From IMG/VR virus record IMGVR_UViG_3300013020_000009, positions 1-31,081 of that record: DNA of 31,081 bases, one strand, 5' to 3'. The notes beneath the pieces were generated by a model. That model saw nothing but the letters and a program-made list of their open reading frames with translations. It did not search any database and was not told the origin of the DNA. A program made the position numbers and the translations under genes. Shown piece by piece: positions 26,377-31,081 of the stretch. Numbering within the stretch: the stretch's first letter is position 1; each line of letters opens with the position of its first letter. Source of the DNA: a virus. Its lineage: Duplodnaviria; Caudoviricetes.

Positions 26377-28262
26377 AATTTATTTGTTTTAAAATATTCT
26401 CTAAATACTTTATCAATATGTTTAATTAACGGATTTCTAACGTTATCATCAGCATCATTCATTTCAACAACATTAATACCATTAATTTTATTTTTAAATA
26501 ATTTTATCAATTTAGATAAAGAACTTTCATTTTTATTTTTTAAATCTATTTGATTTGTATCACCAAGAATAATCATTTTAGAACTATTAGACAAACGACT
26601 CATAATTGTTTCCATATTACTCATAGATAAGTTTTGGCAATTATGGGTTAAAATATTATTAACATAATAATTATTATTGTCTTCAACTTCCATATTATAT
26701 ACTCTCTCAACACCATTATAAATAATATCTTTAATTTCTAAAGTAGTATTTTCGTAATCATTTTCATATGTATAATAATGTTTAAGATTAAAATGATTTT
26801 GATATTTATTTTGTAATTTATAATACATTGATGGATGAACATATTCTTTTATTAAATTTTGTAATATATTTGATCCATTTTTACCTATTCTTATACAATA
26901 ATAATTTGTTTTATATTTTTCACCGTTTTCATTGGTTTTTTCTTTTTTATAGTTGAAAACTTTTGACTCTATATTAAACTTATTTTGTAAAATATTTACC
27001 AATATTTGATTTTCTTCTTTTGTAAATCCTTCTGAGTGAAAGCTGATATTAGATTCATCGTTATTATATTTATATATAGATCCATCATCCATATACCATA
27101 AAGCTAAACTTCTTTCAGTTATATATTTTTCAATATCAGATGTTATTTTTTTCTTACCATTATAAAAACTATTTACAAATTTTTTATCCAAATAAAAAGA
27201 TTTTGTTCGGAATGATGATTGTATTTCACCAGTAAAACCGGATCTATAATTATTATTTGTTTTTGTGTTATATAAATCAGCACAAAATTTACAATATTCA
27301 GATTGTTTTAATGAATGATTTTTATTTAATCTATAAATATTTTTATCATTTTGTTTGTTTTTAGTAAACCCAGCATCACCTAACACAAAACCTAATAAAA
27401 TATCATAATTATTTTCATTTAATATTGAATGATTCCCCATAGCATTTTTTCTTTTTATAAGTCTATCACCAATATTTAAATCTTTTAATTTTTTATATTC
27501 AATTTTACCATTATTATATATAGCAAAAGGATGATTATTTGTAGCAATTATTGGTTTTGAAGATGAAAACAATAATTTAAACGTTTCTTTATTATTAGTT
27601 ATTCTTATAGAATTAATCTTTTTATATTCTTTAATTTTAGTATTTTCATTATAAGATAATACATAAATACTTTCATTTTTTAAAAAATGTTTATATAACA
27701 TTTTCATGCTAATATATCTTTTATTTAAATTCTTGTTAAATTTAATAATAACTTTAGAATCCCCACCAACACATTCATCAACAATAATAATAGCATCGTC
27801 AATACTAGTACCCCTCAAAAAAGCAACTGGAAAAGGTTTAATTATTTCCTCATTTAATAAATTGTTTAATGATGCTTTACTAATAAATTTTTCTAAATTT
27901 AAATAATAACTCTGCATATATGGTTCTATTTTTTCCATATAATCACCTTTTAAAAATCCAATTTCTTCACCCTTTAAAGGTATTACAGATTTAATTAAGT
28001 ATATTTTTCTATATTTTGATGATGTTTTTCTTATTAAATTTAAAGCATATCCAACACTAATATATGTTTTACCACTACCAGCCTGTCCAGAACAAATAGT
28101 TATTTCATTGTTTTTTATTGAATTAATTAATTCTTTTTGACTATCATTTTTAGATTTTATTGTAATATTATTTGGTATAATTTTATCAATTATTTTTCTC
28201 TCATCAATAATACGATTATCATTATACGCTTGAAAATCATTAAAATAATCACTTTTACCCAT
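26373..28262 (-). CDS. phoH: PhoH-family ATPase interrupted by an intein (spliced product ~251 aa)
   Basis: GQAGSGKT, IGFLKG...EK..PY, FLRGTS, IIVDE/CQN, RL...SK.IILGD..QIDL, VRNPLI. Confidence 0.95.
   Translation of the reverse strand: MGKSDYFNDFQAYNDNRIIDERKIIDKIIPNNITIKSKNDSQKELINSIKNNEITICSGQAGSGKTYISVGYALNLIRKTSSKYRKIYLIKSVIPLKGEEIGFLKGDYMEKIEPYMQSYYLNLEKFISKASLNNLLNEEIIKPFPVAFLRGTSIDDAIIIVDECVGGDSKVIIKFNKNLNKRYISMKMLYKHFLKNESIYVLSYNENTKIKEYKKINSIRITNNKETFKLLFSSSKPIIATNNHPFAIYNNGKIEYKKLKDLNIGDRLIKRKNAMGNHSILNENNYDILLGFVLGDAGFTKNKQNDKNIYRLNKNHSLKQSEYCKFCADLYNTKTNNNYRSGFTGEIQSSFRTKSFYLDKKFVNSFYNGKKKITSDIEKYITERSLALWYMDDGSIYKYNNDESNISFHSEGFTKEENQILVNILQNKFNIESKVFNYKKEKTNENGEKYKTNYYCIRIGKNGSNILQNLIKEYVHPSMYYKLQNKYQNHFNLKHYYTYENDYENTTLEIKDIIYNGVERVYNMEVEDNNNYYVNNILTHNCQNLSMSNMETIMSRLSNSSKMIILGDTNQIDLKNKNESSLSKLIKLFKNKINGINVVEMNDADDNVRNPLIKHIDKVFREYFKTNKL
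26640..27773 (-). mobile_element. Intein (378 aa, residues 164-541) with LAGLIDADG homing endonuclease
   Basis: Starts CVGGDSKV; block B ATNNHPF; endonuclease blocks LLGFVLGDAG and LALWYMDDGS; ends VYNMEVEDNNNYYVNNILTHN followed by +1 Cys. Confidence 0.95.
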
Positions 28263-28281
28263 AAAATTTATTTTTATGATA

Positions 28282-28289
28282 CAAATTTA
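28282..28289 (-). promoter_or_regulatory. Bacteroidetes-type -7 element for the phoH-GT operon
   Basis: TAAATTTG on the minus strand, 19 nt upstream of the phoH ATG; -33 element unclear. Confidence 0.55.
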
Positions 28290-28332
28290 AGTATTTTATG
28301 ATAAATAAAAAACACTTTTTTTTAAATTTATT

Positions 28333-28341
28333 ACTATTTAT
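28333..28341 (+). promoter_or_regulatory. Putative late promoter ACTATTTAT
   Basis: 27 nt upstream of the ATG at 28369. Confidence 0.65.
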
Positions 28342-28368
28342 TAATAAAAATTATAAAATTTTATAATT

Positions 28369-29250
28369 ATGGATGAAAATATGAATGCAAATATTAAAGA
28401 TGCTATTAATAAGTTTAAGGAAAATAAAACTGAAGCTAAATCTTATAATATTCCAGAAAACAATGAAAAAGAAGCATCACCAACGTATAGTAATTATCAT
28501 GAAACTGATCCAGATTTAATAGTTGGTTACGAATTAGTAGAATTACCATCAAAAAGTATTAATAATTATGGTGGAGTGGGTTTTGATGAATTTAAAGTTG
28601 AATACTTAACATCTAAAGATGAGGACGTATTAACAACACCATCATTAATTAAAAATGGTACTGTTTTAGACGTTTTATTAAAGAGAAAAATAAAACATAA
28701 TATAAACCTTGATGAGTTATATTATGGTGATAAAAACGCTTTAATTTTGTTTTTGAGGACTTCTAGTTATGGATATAATTATGATGTTGAAGTTTATAAT
28801 CCAAGAACAGATGAGGTATATAAAGATGTTGTTGATTTAAGTAAATTAAAATATAAAAAAATCACTAGAAAACCTGATGCTGACGGACTGTATAGTTTTG
28901 AATTGAAAAAAAGAAAAAAAATAATTCGTTATAAATTGTTAACATCTGGTGAAGAAAAAAGATTACTTGAAAAAGCAGATGCTATTAAAGAAGCATATAA
29001 TAGTGAAGTATCTGAATATAATTCATTAAAATTGAAGAATCATATTATTAGTATTGATGGTAATACTAGTAGGGATTATATTAATAAATTTGTGGATGCT
29101 ATGCCTTTAATGGATACATATGAATTAAGAAAAGATATTTTAGATGTTACACCTGATGTTGATATGGAGTATGAGTTTAAGGATAAAGAAGGTTTTAAAT
29201 TTAAATCAAGAATTAGTATAGGTGTGGATTTTTTTTTCCCGAACATCTAG
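28369..29250 (+). CDS. T4 gp26-like baseplate hub assembly protein / probable tail assembly chaperone
   Basis: VELPSK..YLTSKDEDVL..GDKNALILFLR.SSYG..Y..VDLS.L..LT..EE..DFFFP; upstream of the tape measure gene. Confidence 0.8.
   Translation: MDENMNANIKDAINKFKENKTEAKSYNIPENNEKEASPTYSNYHETDPDLIVGYELVELPSKSINNYGGVGFDEFKVEYLTSKDEDVLTTPSLIKNGTVLDVLLKRKIKHNINLDELYYGDKNALILFLRTSSYGYNYDVEVYNPRTDEVYKDVVDLSKLKYKKITRKPDADGLYSFELKKRKKIIRYKLLTSGEEKRLLEKADAIKEAYNSEVSEYNSLKLKNHIISIDGNTSRDYINKFVDAMPLMDTYELRKDILDVTPDVDMEYEFKDKEGFKFKSRISIGVDFFFPNI
29229..29238 (+). other. Putative -1 slippery site (T TTT TTT / T TTT TTC)
   Basis: GAT TTT TTT TTC CCG at the end of the gp26-like ORF; the -1 frame is open from 29217 to 29438. 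Confidence 0.6.
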
Positions 29251-29267
29251 CAGGGAAATATAAAAAA

Positions 29268-29438
29268 ATGGTGTTAGATGAAATGTATGCGTTAATAAAA
29301 CATTCGAATTTTAGTTTTAATGATTTAAATGATTTACCAACATATAAAAGGAGATATTTTATTAATAAATTAAAAGATGATATAGAAGAGATAAATAAAC
29401 AAAACGAAAGTATATCAAATAGTATTAAAAAGAGATGA
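29268..29438 (+). CDS. Short gp51-like ORF (56 aa, missing from the ORF track); probably the frameshifted C-terminal extension of the upstream gene
   Basis: MVLDEMYALIKHSNFSFNDLNDLPTYKRRYFINKLKDDIEEINKQ...; the FS..D...MP...R.YF pattern resembles gp51-like/GT chaperone tails. Confidence 0.75.
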   Translation: MVLDEMYALIKHSNFSFNDLNDLPTYKRRYFINKLKDDIEEINKQNESISNSIKKR

Positions 29439-29460
29439 TTATGATCATCTCTTTTTTTTT
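29427..29460 (+). terminator. Intrinsic terminator
   Basis: AAAAAGAGATGAT-TATG-ATCATCTC-T9. Confidence 0.85.
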
Positions 29461-29475
29461 ATGAAAAAAATATAA

Positions 29476-29485
29476 ACTATTTATA
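29476..29485 (+). promoter_or_regulatory. Putative late promoter ACTATTTATA (tape measure)
   Basis: 17 nt before the ATG at 29503. Confidence 0.7.
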
Positions 29486-29502
29486 TTAAATAATCTAAAC
29501 TC

Positions 29503-31081
29503 ATGGCAAAAAAAATATCAGATATAAAAAAAGATTATAATAGAGAAATTGAAGCTAGAAGAAGATTAATAGAATTAGAAGAACAAGAAATGAATTCTAT
29601 TAGTCGAATTTTCAATGTTAAAGATAAAATATATCTATTAGAACAAAAATACAATCACGAATTAAAATCTAGAAATGATATGTATGATGCTTATGAAAAA
29701 AATAGAAAAGAAGCATCAAAAAATGGTGAAAGAATACATCAAAAGACATATGAAGCATTTAAAAAACAAGTTAAAATACAAGATAAAAAAATTAATAAAT
29801 TAAGAATACAAAATAATTTATTACAATCTGGATTAGGTATAATTCAAAAAATGTCTTCTTTTGATTTACCTATTTTAAGTTATTTAATGGATTTTGATAA
29901 AACAATTAGAGATACTGCTGTTAGTATAGGTATATCTGCTGAAAGAACTGAACAACTTAGAAATAATTTTCAAGATGCACATAAAATTGCTACAAGATTA
30001 GGTGGTACTAGTAAAGATTTAGCTGAAATACAAACAAGTTTTGCTAATGAAACTGGTAGGGCTAAATTATTATCTGGTAAAATGCTGGGAGATATCATTA
30101 AAATATCTAAAGGTGTTAATATTAGTAGTGAACAAGCTGGTAATTTAGCAGGTCAATTTGAATTGGTTGGTTATAATGCTACAACAACAATGAATTATAT
30201 TGAAAATGTTGTTGATATGTCTGAAAGGGTTGGTGTTAACACTGCTAATATTATTCAAAAATTAAATACTAATTTTAAAAAATTACAAACATATAATTTC
30301 AAGCATGGTGTTGATGGTATGGCTAGAATGGCTATATATGGTGAGAAATATAGAATGGATATGTCATCAGTATTAACATCAATGGATAAAGCTAGAAACC
30401 TTGAAGAAGTTATAGATATGGCTGCAAATTTACAGGTTTTAGGTGGTCAATTTGCAGCAATGGCTGATCCTATGGCTATGTTATTTGAGTCAAGAAATGA
30501 TCCAGAAGCATATACTAAGAGAATAAATAATATGACTAAAGGATTAGTTTCATTAAGAGAGACAGCAGAAGGATATTCTTTCGAATTAGCATCACCAATG
30601 GCTAGAGATATGTTAGATAAAGCTGCAAAATCATTAGGATTATCAACAGAAGAACTAACACAACAAGCATTTCGTCAAAAAGAATTAATGACTATGAGAC
30701 AACAAATGCTTGGTATGAATTTATCCAGAGATCAAAAACAATTAATAGAAAAATTAGCTAATTTTGATAATAAAACAGGTAAATTTACTGTTACTATTGG
30801 TAGTGAAGTTCATGCGTTAACAGATTTATCTCAAAAACAAATTCAACTATTAAAAACGGAACAAGATAGTTTACAACAAAGGGCTATAAATGCACAAACT
30901 TTTGACGATGCATATCAAGCCACTTTAAATGAATTAAAAACAGTGTTATTACCAATATTAAAAGGTGTTAATCTTGTTTTACAAAAAGCAAGACCAATTT
31001 TTACAACAATTAGTGACTTTTTAGAAGACCAAAAATGGTTAGCTGGATTTCTTGGGGGTGTTGGTATTTTTGCTGCAAGCA
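29503..31081 (+). CDS. Tail tape measure protein (N-terminal part, runs off the window)
   Basis: Long open frame MAKKISDIKKDYNREIEARRRLIELEEQ..., helical and Ala/Gly/Met-rich (AANLQVLGGQFAAMADP, AAKSLGLSTEEL); follows the chaperone-like pair. Confidence 0.8.
   Translation, partial: MAKKISDIKKDYNREIEARRRLIELEEQEMNSISRIFNVKDKIYLLEQKYNHELKSRNDMYDAYEKNRKEASKNGERIHQKTYEAFKKQVKIQDKKINKLRIQNNLLQSGLGIIQKMSSFDLPILSYLMDFDKTIRDTAVSIGISAERTEQLRNNFQDAHKIATRLGGTSKDLAEIQTSFANETGRAKLLSGKMLGDIIKISKGVNISSEQAGNLAGQFELVGYNATTTMNYIENVVDMSERVGVNTANIIQKLNTNFKKLQTYNFKHGVDGMARMAIYGEKYRMDMSSVLTSMDKARNLEEVIDMAANLQVLGGQFAAMADPMAMLFESRNDPEAYTKRINNMTKGLVSLRETAEGYSFELASPMARDMLDKAAKSLGLSTEELTQQAFRQKELMTMRQQMLGMNLSRDQKQLIEKLANFDNKTGKFTVTIGSEVHALTDLSQKQIQLLKTEQDSLQQRAINAQTFDDAYQATLNELKTVLLPILKGVNLVLQKARPIFTTISDFLEDQKWLAGFLGGVGIFAAS

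Noticed and set aside
6995-27906. Nested or antisense ORFs at 6995, 8949, 10986, 11261, 11768, 18725, 19811, 22318, 24309, 25736, 26323 and 27706
   Set aside because: All overlap better-supported genes; their F/L/I/S-rich composition is what antisense or off-frame reading of AT-rich genes produces.
29235-29258. TTTCCC/GGGAAA hairpin as a frameshift stimulator
   Set aside because: It overlaps the slippery run instead of lying a few nt downstream, so it is not counted as evidence.
1-31081. Stop-codon reassignment (TAG or TGA) as in some Bacteroidetes phages
   Set aside because: Conserved genes are full length in the standard code, and TAG/TGA stops fall at expected ends, two of them next to terminators.
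1-31081. CRISPR array, tRNA genes, integrase/att sites, DGR repeats
   Set aside because: No spaced direct repeats, cloverleafs, recombinase or reverse transcriptase were seen by eye.

Overview
Very AT-rich segment of a large T4-like (contractile-tailed) phage genome that most likely infects a Bacteroidetes host: the non-structural genes carry TAnnTTTG/TTG promoters and start codons generally lack Shine-Dalgarno sites. Virion genes (major capsid C-terminus, gp13/gp14 neck, gp15-like tail terminator, sheath, tube, gp5-like spike, gp26/gp51-like pair, partial tape measure, unknown structural proteins) are interleaved with minus-strand DNA/nucleotide-metabolism genes (UvrD-like helicase, DHFR, ThyA, dUTPase, KTSC, intein-containing PhoH). 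Also present are a GT2/GT-B/HAD-like cluster, a gp55-like sigma factor and a Hef-like endonuclease. The signals most worth following up are: (1) a ~105-nt structured RNA filling the thyA leader; (2) a likely -1 frameshift fusing the gp26-like and gp51-like ORFs just before the tape measure gene; (3) a recurrent [S/T]-G-x-T peptide motif in virion proteins, possibly a sequon for the phage glycosyltransferases; (4) an ACTATTTAT late-promoter motif set back-to-back with host-type promoters. All calls come from reading motifs by eye; no searches were run.
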